Assembly (NCBI GenBank): GCA_021800315.1
Contig: JAJYZD010000002.1
Span: 1 to 36,145, forward strand
Length of the DNA: 36,145 nt
Direction of reading: 5' to 3'
DNA from: Bacillota bacterium
GTDB taxonomy: Bacteria > Bacillota > Desulfotomaculia > Desulfotomaculales > JAJYZD01
This document shows positions 26,429 to 34,137 of the stretch, one piece after another. How positions within the stretch are numbered: the first letter of the stretch is position 1; each line of letters begins with the position of its first letter. The notes under the pieces were generated by a model that was given only the letters and a program-made list of their open reading frames with translations, did no database searches and was not told the DNA's origin. A program made the position numbers and the translations under genes.

Positions 26429-27469
26429 CCAAAAAATGACATGATGGCGCCGGGCCGGGCCGTCCGTGGCGACGGCGCCGGGGGCACGCGGTAGGATGGT
26501 AAAAGCGGAGGTATCGGCGTAAAGTACTTCGAAACGAAGGCTGGACAAGGCGGGGTTCGGCGAACCAGGCCGGATGGACGGCATGTCTCAGAAACTTGTT
26601 GACACCCGACCGACGGCCTGTTTGGATTCGCGTCTCCCGGAGGACCCTGGAATTCCCAAGAGGTCCGCACCCTGCAGGCTGAGATAGCGGTCCGCACTTG
26701 CTGGCTTGTCGACCAATTTCCGAGCCGAAATCAGACATGCCCAATGCAGGACGGATCAAATCTGTCCAAAATTTCATACTTTCCGACAAAGGAGATTTCG
26801 CCGTAGGGAAGAATATGCTTGAGGACCGGAGACTTCTGGCCGGAAAGGGCCAAAGGCCATCGAGCCCACGGCTGGAGGAAACTCGACAAGTCTACGACTT
26901 TAGGCGGGAAAGCGGTCGGGTACCCACCGCAGGTGGGTGCTGCCCTTGGGCACAACCATACGGCGCTATGACCCACCTAAGCGCGCCGGGATCTCATGAG
27001 GAGCGGGCTACGTTATCCCGGTCATGACACTCTGGGATGCTTCTCCAGTTCCAGGCCCTGTCGCCGGTGGTTAAACAGTGAGCCGGGGGCGGTTGCCACG
27101 ATACGGTCTGCGTTGGTCACCATCTGCCAGAGACGGTGGACGCCACATTCATCGAGGTCTTTACGGTGACCGGACGTGGTAACCGGCAGATGGCCGGAGT
27201 GGTTAAGCAAGGCTTGCCGTACCGTTGGCGGGAACGGAGGAAGATACATTTCGGCTTTCAAACCGGCGAAATGGTGGTGGCCGGTGTTCCGAAGGGAAAG
27301 TACTAAGGCCGGTGGCGGTGCCGAGTGGCCGGCGCGACGATTTTTTGGTGTCACCACAGCTATATCGGGTCGCCCTCATAGCGGGTCTGTTGGTGATTCG
27401 GGTCGGCCGCTGAGGCGAAACGACTGCCGGAAGGTTGCCTGGAATAAGCCTGGTGAAGGTGATGAGGTT

Positions 27470-27721
27470 ATGGGTAATGAAGTTCAACCCGATCTATCTT
27501 TGGATTGCCTTGGGCTCTATTGTCCTCAGCCGCTCTTGCAAACCAGGGAAAGGCTCGAGGAGTTGGAACCTGGTCAGAGCCTTGAGGTATTTGCCGACGA
27601 TCCAGCATCCGAAGAAGATATCAAGCGGTTGATAAAGCGGCTTGGCCACGAGTTGGTAAACTTTGAGAGGCGTGGCGATATTAATCACTTTATCATTAAA
27701 AAAGGAGGTTTAAACAGCTAA
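27470..27721 (+). CDS. tusA: TusA/SirA-family sulfur-carrier protein
   Basis: LDCLGLYCPQPLL has the CPxP active-site motif. 83 aa; ATG follows GAAGGTGA. Confidence 0.85.
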   Translation: MGNEVQPDLSLDCLGLYCPQPLLQTRERLEELEPGQSLEVFADDPASEEDIKRLIKRLGHELVNFERRGDINHFIIKKGGLNS

Positions 27722-27725
27722 AGCC

Positions 27726-28085
27726 ATGAAACAAAAATCCATTTTGTATGTACAAACCAGTGATGCGCCGGAGCGTCAATATGCTCCGCTTGTATTGGCT
27801 CAGACCGCTAAAGCCATGGACATTTATGCCGCTGTCTATTACCTGGGCATGGGGTTGAAAGTGTTGCTTCCGGGAGCGGCGGAAAAAATTCAAGTTGGTT
27901 CATTTCCCAATGTCATGCAGATGATCACCCAGGCCCAAGGCATGGGAGTTACCTTTTACGCCTGCGAGGCCTCGAAACAGCTACTCGCACTGGATAAGGT
28001 GGACTTGATTCCCGGTGTAACAATTGTTGGTGCCGGAACCCTGAATGACCTGACTCTAGATGCCGATGCCACAATGTGGTTTTAA
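27726..28085 (+). CDS. DsrE/DsrF-like sulfur-relay family protein
   Basis: 119 aa: ILYVQTSDAPERQYAPLVLAQTA...YYLGMGLKVL...FYACEASKQL. The size and pattern fit DsrE-like proteins with a conserved Cys. Confidence 0.8.
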   Translation: MKQKSILYVQTSDAPERQYAPLVLAQTAKAMDIYAAVYYLGMGLKVLLPGAAEKIQVGSFPNVMQMITQAQGMGVTFYACEASKQLLALDKVDLIPGVTIVGAGTLNDLTLDADATMWF

Positions 28086-28097
28086 GGAGTAAGCGCA

Positions 28098-29264
28098 ATG
28101 GGTGTCTATCTCGACTATCAATCGGCCAAGCCCGTCGACCCCCGCGTACTGGAGGCGATGTTACCCTGCTTTCATATGGAGTTTGGCAATCCGTCCTCGC
28201 TGCACCGGGAGGGGGATACAGCCGCGGCGGCCCTGGAGGATTCCAGGAAAACGGTGGCGGCATGGATCAACGCTGTCGATGAAGAGATTATTTTCACCTC
28301 TGGGGCTACGGAGGCCAACAATCTTGCGCTTATAGGTTATGCTTTCCGTAATCGTGACAAAGGAAACCATATAATCATTTCAGAAATAGAACATATTTCC
28401 ATCCACAACATTGCCAGGTATCTCGAACGGAACGGTTTTCAGGTTTCCCGGGTGCCGGTGGACCAGTACGGCCGGGTTTCTTTACGTAAGCTGGAGGCGC
28501 GTGTTACCCCTCAAACGATTCTGATTTCTGTCGGTTATGCAAGCAATGAAATCGGCACGGTGCAGCCGATTGCCGAAATCGGCGCCCTGGCCGGATCCCG
28601 AAATATTGTTCTCCACTGTGACGGGGTGGCTGCGGAGGGCCTGCTCCCCATCGACGTGCAGCGGGACCGTGTGGACCTCCTGACATTGTCGGCCAACGAC
28701 ATATATGGCCCCAAGGGTGTGGGGGCACTTTATGTGCGCAAGGGCGTACGCTTGAATCCGTTGCTCATCGGCGGCGGCCAGGAAAAGGGGTTGCGCTCCG
28801 GGTCGGAAAACGTCCCGGGAATTGTGGGGATGGCTGAGGCCGCAACGATCATGTCCCGGGAAATGGCGGTGGAAGTGCCCCGTCTTCGGGCTTACAGGGA
28901 TAAGTTGATCGCGGGTATCAGGTCGGCGGTTCCCCACTGTTTCTTGAACGGGCACCCGCACGAGCGACTAGCCGACAATGCTCATTTCCGGTTCCAGGGG
29001 ATAGAGGGGGAGTCGCTGCTGTTGTCCCTGAAGCAGCAGGGAATAGCGGCTATGACCGGCTCGGCCTGCACGGCGAAGACCATGGAACCTTCCCATACCC
29101 TGTTGAGCATTGGTTTGTTGCACGAGGAAGCGCATGGCTCCCTGGAATTCACTTGTGGGCGCTTTACCAAAGATGAAGATATCGACCAAGTCCTAGAGGT
29201 ATTACCAGGCATTGTCGAAAGACTGCGCCAATTGTCACCGATATATCAGGGTAATGAGGGGTGA
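28098..29264 (+). CDS. nifS: cysteine desulfurase (NifS/IscS class, PLP-dependent)
   Basis: YLDYQSAKPVDPRVLEAM, IFTSGATEANNLA, the SANDIYGPKGVGALY Lys region and the active-site loop GSACTA. Confidence 0.9.
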   Translation: MGVYLDYQSAKPVDPRVLEAMLPCFHMEFGNPSSLHREGDTAAAALEDSRKTVAAWINAVDEEIIFTSGATEANNLALIGYAFRNRDKGNHIIISEIEHISIHNIARYLERNGFQVSRVPVDQYGRVSLRKLEARVTPQTILISVGYASNEIGTVQPIAEIGALAGSRNIVLHCDGVAAEGLLPIDVQRDRVDLLTLSANDIYGPKGVGALYVRKGVRLNPLLIGGGQEKGLRSGSENVPGIVGMAEAATIMSREMAVEVPRLRAYRDKLIAGIRSAVPHCFLNGHPHERLADNAHFRFQGIEGESLLLSLKQQGIAAMTGSACTAKTMEPSHTLLSIGLLHEEAHGSLEFTCGRFTKDEDIDQVLEVLPGIVERLRQLSPIYQGNEG

Positions 29265-29269
29265 GTCGC

Positions 29270-30067
29270 ATGGATGTGAAACCAACCGCCTATTCGAACA
29301 GGGTTATGGATCATTTTCAAAACCCCCGCAATGTTGGTACGTTGGAAGGAGAAAACGTAGCCGTCGGCAAGGTCGGCAATCCGGTTTGCGGCGATTTAAT
29401 GGAAATCTTTATTAGGGTAGTCGACGATCGGATAGATGACATAAAGTTTCGCACCTTCGGCTGCGGGTCGGCGATAGCTACCAGCAGCATGATTACGGAG
29501 ATGGCTAAAGGTAAGACTTTGGACGAAGCCATGGGAATCACCCGACAGGATGTTGCCACGGAACTGGAGGGGTTGCCCCCCCGGAAAATGCACTGTTCCA
29601 ATCTGGCGGCCGATGCCTTGCATGCGGCTATCCAAAATTATCGTTCTTCGTTAGGCCGATTGGTTCAGGCAGAAAGCCCTTCCGCCTTACCGGACGTCAA
29701 CACCTTTGCCGGGGAAGATGCTTTCTTTGGGAAGGGTGTTTACTATTCTATCGATGATCCAGCAATATTGAAAGACACACGAGTGTTGGTTCTCGATTCG
29801 GGTCCCGCATCAGCCATACTCAGTCAGGATTTAATCAAGCATACCGACAGAGTGATATTTTTGACGGCCGAGGGGCCGGAGTCTGTTCGGGAAACCGCCG
29901 AATTGTTGAAACAATCCGGGGTAAAGGTTCTGTTTAAGAGTCAGTTGGAAGAAATCAAAGGACACGAAGATGTCGAGAAAGTTCTCATCCATGACCTTGC
30001 GGAAAATGACTACTACGATCTGGTTGTGGACGCGGTGGTAATTATGCGGGAAGCCTGCGCAGCTTAA
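29270..30067 (+). CDS. iscU: IscU/NifU-N Fe-S scaffold fused to a degenerate thioredoxin-reductase-like (NAD(P)H-domain) C-terminal extension
   Basis: N-terminal 125 aa: YSNRVMDHFQNPRNVG, NPVCGD, FGCGSAIA and MHCSNLA, i.e. all three scaffold Cys. C-terminal 140 aa: GEDAFFGKGVYYSIDDPAILKDTRVLVLDSGPASA...LEEIKGHEDVEKVLIHDL...VVDAVVI aligns by eye to TrxB ([34 protein letters not shown]...). The CxxC and the GGGxxA loop are lost. Confidence 0.85.
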   Translation: MDVKPTAYSNRVMDHFQNPRNVGTLEGENVAVGKVGNPVCGDLMEIFIRVVDDRIDDIKFRTFGCGSAIATSSMITEMAKGKTLDEAMGITRQDVATELEGLPPRKMHCSNLAADALHAAIQNYRSSLGRLVQAESPSALPDVNTFAGEDAFFGKGVYYSIDDPAILKDTRVLVLDSGPASAILSQDLIKHTDRVIFLTAEGPESVRETAELLKQSGVKVLFKSQLEEIKGHEDVEKVLIHDLAENDYYDLVVDAVVIMREACAA

Positions 30068-30226
30068 TAGTGGTCTTCTATTATCCCGAGTGGTGGCGGC
30101 CTGTTGGTTTCCGGTGGATGTCAGACCCTGTGATTGGACCTGCTCGTCACCTCCCGCGAACCAAAGGACCTGCCCTATTTTTGCCGGGAAATCATGAGAC
30201 TTTTGATTTGAGTGGAGAGTTGGGCT

Positions 30227-30379
30227 ATGACCGACGCTAAGCTCCGGGAACCGGCGGAGGCCGGGGAAAAGAAATGGCAGTGCCTGGTGTGCGGCTACGT
30301 TCACAAAGGGACGCAACCCCCTGAAAGATGTCCGGTCTGCGGTGCGTCCCAAGACCGGTTCGTAGTCCTGGACGATTAA
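30227..30379 (+). CDS. rubredoxin-like Cys4 zinc/iron-ribbon micro-protein (50 aa), absent from ORF track
   Basis: MTDAKLREPAEAGEKKWQCLVCGYVHKGTQPPERCPVCGASQDRFVVLDD has two CxxC knuckles arranged as in rubredoxin or the rubrerythrin C-domain. GGAGAG lies 7 nt upstream of the ATG. Confidence 0.6.
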   Translation: MTDAKLREPAEAGEKKWQCLVCGYVHKGTQPPERCPVCGASQDRFVVLDD

Positions 30380-30406
30380 CGTGACTTCCGGGGTGCGGAG
30401 GGGGGG

Positions 30407-31009
30407 GTGATGGTGGCGCTCCCGGCGCGGCTTTTGCAGGATCCGGCATGGATCGGACCGGTCGTCGACACGTTTTTCGCTGTGTTTCTGGGCTTCACGT
30501 TGTCGATGTACCTGGAGCACAGGCGCGAGACACGGGAAACGATCAGGCGTCGGGCCATGTATTTGGCTGCTCTCGAGGTCGAACTGGAACACAACCTGGA
30601 TGTCCTGGGGGACATCCAGGCCTTGTGCGAGGCCTCCGGCCGCGACGGGACCATGTATGAGGTGCACCACCTGCGTTCGTTCTTCTATTCGGTTCTCCTC
30701 AAACACGTCCGGGGCCTGCGGACGGTGGTATACGACGGCATCATGACCGGGGGCTTCCTGGGCGAACTGGGTTCGGCGGTTCTGACCGATGCCCTCATTC
30801 GTGTCTACCATGCCGGCACCGATTTGGTGTTGGAGGCGGAAGCCAGCACTCACTGGCTGGACCGGGGCCTGAACGAAGACGAAGAGCACTGGTCAATCCG
30901 CCGGCGCAACATAGTGGCTTTCATCGGGCGGCAGGCCGGCGACGTCCGCGGTCTGGCGGAGCGTTCCATCGCCCTGGTGCGGGAAGAAAGGAAGAAAGTT
31001 GACACCTGA
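30407..31009 (+). CDS. hypothetical protein with one N-terminal TM helix (no recognisable domain)
   Basis: 200 aa with strong G/C third-position bias and GGAGGGGGG before the start. TM segment WIGPVVDTFFAVFLGFTLSMYL is followed by a helical soluble part. Confidence 0.6.
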   Translation: MMVALPARLLQDPAWIGPVVDTFFAVFLGFTLSMYLEHRRETRETIRRRAMYLAALEVELEHNLDVLGDIQALCEASGRDGTMYEVHHLRSFFYSVLLKHVRGLRTVVYDGIMTGGFLGELGSAVLTDALIRVYHAGTDLVLEAEASTHWLDRGLNEDEEHWSIRRRNIVAFIGRQAGDVRGLAERSIALVREERKKVDT

Positions 31010-31512
31010 CTTTGGCACGAAATCTTCGAGACAACTCTGGAGCGGACGAGGGGATCGCGTGAAGGCATCCGGCACCGGACGGCTACCGGTCAACTGCTCC
31101 GGCCTGAAGGGCGGAGCTTGCGGTGAAGAACCGTAAGAGTTGGTGTTACCTTCGGGTAGCAATCCAGCGGTGTTGACAAGCTTCATGTGAAGCCAGGAAG
31201 GCGGTTATGACCCACAAGAGCGGTGCTAGTCCTAGCCGGCTTGCGGTCAAGCAGCCCGTCAATCTTCGGATCGGCGTCCGTTTCTTGGGGGAGAAGCACA
31301 GGGCCGATCTCACGTCTGCGGTTATCCAACCCCCACGCCTTTTCTAACGATATACCCTCCCCATGATATCATACAAACCCCGACTCTCGTTGTCAAGACA
31401 TCCCACCAAATGGTAAACCATGGGGTTAATATCCGCGTGTCCTCTTAGGGCGGAAAGCCTCGGCCCACCGCTCTCTTCACCCGCAGGCCTTCGCCTCTTC
31501 CAAAATCATCCC

Positions 31513-33936
31513 TCAGTTCTCCTCCAACCTGGCCACCAGCACCGCCTGGTCGTCGCGGGGCGGGTGCTGGGAAGCCAGGTTCAGGACCAGGTCGGCCAGT
31601 TCGCGCGGATGCATCTCCGCGATCTCCTGCAAAAGACCGGCCAGCCAGAAGTCCTGTTTGCCGTCCGGATGGGCATCATGGACGCCGTCGGTGGCCAGTA
31701 CGAGGTAATCACCGGGTGAAAGCCGGCGGGTCGAGATGGGAACGCTGATGTCGTGGATTATGCCGGCGGGCAGGGAGCTGGATTGGATGATCCCCACCCT
31801 TTTGCCCCTCCCGACCAGGCTGGGCGGCGCCCCGACCTTGATGAAGGAGGCTTCCCCGCCGTAAAGGTCCACGATGGCCAGGTCGATGGTGGTAAAGCTT
31901 TCTTCGGGCTTCTCCATGAGGAGTACGGCGTTGACGGTTCTCACCGCGACTTCGGGAGAAAACCCGGCCTGCAGGAGGTCGGCCAAAAGGCGGGTCGTGG
32001 CCTTGCTTTCCCTGGCCGCGGCCGGCCCCGTACCCATGCCGTCGCTCAAGACAAGGGCTATCCGGCCGTCCGGCAGCGGCCACACGGCGAAGGAGTCTCC
32101 GGAGATGTCGCTCCCGTCCCGGGCCCGGATGGCTGCTCCCAGGGACAACGAGTAGCGGGGGTCAGGGTACAGCCTGACCAGGCAGGTCCGCTCTCCTTCC
32201 TGGTAGAGACATTGACGGGTGGCGGGGAAAAACCGCAATTCGAAAGTTTCCTGCAAAAAACCGGCCAACGACTGCCAGCAATTGGTTTTTAACGGGCAGG
32301 GCGAAAGTTCGGCGACGGCTTCCGCCCAGTTGCCCCCGGTGCCTTCCATGGTCAGGGAAAGCACGGTGACGCCTTTTTTCTTCCATTGTTCGGCCATCCC
32401 GGCCGGCAGAGGCGGCGGGTTCCATTCGGTCTCCCGGACCCGGGTGGACAGGCTGTCCAGCATACCGGCCATGGCTTCCATCTGTACGGCCACGATATCC
32501 CTCTCTTGTTGCAGCTTGCGATCCCAGCCGAGTTGCAACCTGGAGGTGGTGTAGGAGGCCAGGACCGCGATCCCCAGTTCGCGGTGCCGGGGACAGCGGC
32601 GCCTGGTTTCTTCCGGCACCTGCCATTTGCCGGGGCCGAGGTTTTCGGTATCGAAGACGAGGTCGCGCAGGCTTTGGAAGGTCCGGTAGAATTCCTTCTC
32701 CCAGCAGGTCTGGTGCAGGGAACAACCGTGGCACACCGTGGCGGCCACCTGGTCGATGATGGATTGCAGCCGGGTATCGATCGGGGCGGGAGCCGAGGCT
32801 GACACCTCCTCGAAAGCGCGGGCCAGTTCGTGGAAGATGTCCGCCCAGCCCTGCACCCGCCGGGCCAGAAAGGTTTGGGCCCGGTCCTCCTCCGGATGCG
32901 GCTCGTCCGCCGGCAGTATTTTGGCCAGGTAGACACGCATCGTTGCGACCAGGTTCTCCGGGAAGACGAGGTACAGGAGCATGGCCGCGCCGGTTTCCGC
33001 CAGGGCCGCGGTAAAGCCGGTGAAATTGCTGGTGTAGATGGACAGGACGATGTTGCCCAGAAGGAAACCGAAGGCGGGACCCAGGCGTCCGAAGCCGGCG
33101 CAAAGCCCGGCGACCAGGCCGGCAAAGGCGTAGGCGTTGATCAGGCCATGAGAGGTGCCGAGGGTCAAACCGGGGATTACCCCGGTCAGGGCTCCGACAG
33201 CGGCTCCCAGGCCGGGGCCGCCCAGGTAGGCGGCGATCAGAACGAAAAAACGGGAGAGGGACCCGCGCAGGGACAGCAGCCACCAGGTGTAGCTGCCGGC
33301 TCCGGTGATGAAGCCGGCCAGGAGAAGCAAAAGGCTGAACAGTTCTTCCGCCGAAAGCGGCCGCGGATTCTCCATGTTCAGCAGGGGCATCAGGGCGACG
33401 ACGAACAACTGGGTCAGAATGGCGATGAATATCGCCTCGAAAAGGGCCGTTATGTAGGCGTAGGTAGAAGGGGCGGCGAAGGCCAGGAAGGCTGTCCTGA
33501 CGATCAGGACGGCCGCTGCCGTCACCCCCGGCACGACCAGCCACGGCCTGGGCATCCCGGCGGGTAGAAGGTTAAGCAAAACAAAGACCAGGAGGGCGGC
33601 CAGCAGGTAGGCCGGGAGGGATGAGGCAGGGGCCTGGGTGGCGAGGCCTGCCAGCACCGCCAGGGTCACCAGGGGAGCGGCCTTGCGCCGGCAGCGGACA
33701 GTGGCGGCCACCAGGGCCGGACCGAAAGGCATCAGTTCACCGAGCAGGACGGCGCGGCCCAGGAAAAAGCCGGCCAGGCCCAAAACAATCAGCGCGGACA
33801 GGCCCGCCCGGGGCACCTGGCAACTCCGGGACAGGGCGGGGCGCTCTGTTTTTTTCGGCCGGGCGCCTTTTCTCTTTCCGGGAGAACCGGGCCTGCGCAT
33901 GTGCCGGTAGGGATACGGGTCTGTTCCTTCTGCCAC
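31513..33936 (-). CDS. spoIIE: stage II sporulation protein E (polytopic membrane PP2C phosphatase)
   Basis: About 330 aa of multi-TM N-terminus, a central regulatory region, and a C-terminal PP2C domain (SGDSFAVWPL...LVLSDGMGTGPAAARES...LATDGV). GTG 33936 lies 7 nt after GAAGGAG; the ORF-track TTG 33942 is too close to the SD. Confidence 0.9.
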   Translation of the reverse strand: MAEGTDPYPYRHMRRPGSPGKRKGARPKKTERPALSRSCQVPRAGLSALIVLGLAGFFLGRAVLLGELMPFGPALVAATVRCRRKAAPLVTLAVLAGLATQAPASSLPAYLLAALLVFVLLNLLPAGMPRPWLVVPGVTAAAVLIVRTAFLAFAAPSTYAYITALFEAIFIAILTQLFVVALMPLLNMENPRPLSAEELFSLLLLLAGFITGAGSYTWWLLSLRGSLSRFFVLIAAYLGGPGLGAAVGALTGVIPGLTLGTSHGLINAYAFAGLVAGLCAGFGRLGPAFGFLLGNIVLSIYTSNFTGFTAALAETGAAMLLYLVFPENLVATMRVYLAKILPADEPHPEEDRAQTFLARRVQGWADIFHELARAFEEVSASAPAPIDTRLQSIIDQVAATVCHGCSLHQTCWEKEFYRTFQSLRDLVFDTENLGPGKWQVPEETRRRCPRHRELGIAVLASYTTSRLQLGWDRKLQQERDIVAVQMEAMAGMLDSLSTRVRETEWNPPPLPAGMAEQWKKKGVTVLSLTMEGTGGNWAEAVAELSPCPLKTNCWQSLAGFLQETFELRFFPATRQCLYQEGERTCLVRLYPDPRYSLSLGAAIRARDGSDISGDSFAVWPLPDGRIALVLSDGMGTGPAAARESKATTRLLADLLQAGFSPEVAVRTVNAVLLMEKPEESFTTIDLAIVDLYGGEASFIKVGAPPSLVGRGKRVGIIQSSSLPAGIIHDISVPISTRRLSPGDYLVLATDGVHDAHPDGKQDFWLAGLLQEIAEMHPRELADLVLNLASQHPPRDDQAVLVARLEEN

Positions 33937-33979
33937 GGTCAAGCTCCTTCAAAAACAGATTTGACCTTCCTTAAGGAAG

Positions 33980-34012
33980 ATTATAATACTTCCGGCTTGC
34001 ATAACTTGTCAG
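33980..34012 (-). promoter_or_regulatory. spoIIE promoter candidate with over-long spacer
   Basis: The minus strand reads CTGACA (34012-34007), a 21-nt spacer, then TATAAT (33985-33980). This is the same unusual geometry reported for Spo0A-activated B. subtilis spoIIE. Confidence 0.4.
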
Positions 34013-34037
34013 TTATGGGGTGAGATTACTTTTTTCT

Positions 34038-34044
34038 TTCGACA
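34038..34044 (-). promoter_or_regulatory. consensus Spo0A box (TGTCGAA)
   Basis: The plus strand TTCGACA equals minus-strand TGTCGAA, 26 nt upstream of the -35-like hexamer of spoIIE. Confidence 0.4.
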
Positions 34045-34137
34045 GCAAACAACGTGCAAAGGCGAGGCATTAAACCCGGTGGCGGGAAATACATTTACGC
34101 CAGAACAGGTTGTACTCGTGCCGGGGGAGGGCCGGTT

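Noticed and set aside
27022-27357. Minus-strand 111-aa ORF with HFAGLK... and ...DECGVH, reminiscent of the PAPS/APS reductase (CysH) segments WFxGLRR and ECGLH
   Set aside because: The spacing between the two motifs is about half that in CysH, the GYxSIGCxPCT region is absent, 45 residues follow the ECG(V)H instead of a C-terminus, and the N-terminal two-thirds of a CysH would be missing. At best it is a badly decayed remnant, so it is not called as a feature.
26322-27469. Group II intron, CRISPR array or known housekeeping RNA (RNase P, tmRNA, SRP) in the ORF-poor region
   Set aside because: There is no GUGYG 5' end paired with a domain V-like GAGCCGUAU...ACGUACGGUUC hairpin, and no RT/maturase ORF. 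There are no regularly spaced 25-40-nt repeats. None of the universally conserved cores of RNase P (GAGGAAAGUCC), tmRNA (3' tRNA-like end) or SRP (GGAAGCAGCC) was seen.
31059-31136. 25-aa Cys-containing mini-ORF (MKASGTGRLPVNCSGLKGGACGEEP) with GAGGGGA upstream, considered as a RiPP precursor
   Set aside because: There are no modifying enzymes, transporter or leader-peptide features nearby. It overlaps the proposed RNA helices, and an ORF of this size is expected by chance.
26966-31217. Shared 10-mer TATGACCCAC (26968-26977 and 31206-31215) flanking the plus-strand sulfur genes, considered as att-like direct repeats of an inserted element
   Set aside because: Similarity decays immediately outside the 10-mer (only GGCG and AAG.GCG with indels). 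One chance 10-mer match between a 1.1-kb and a 0.5-kb region is roughly expected. No integrase is present, and the repeat positions do not coincide with the GC-content step.
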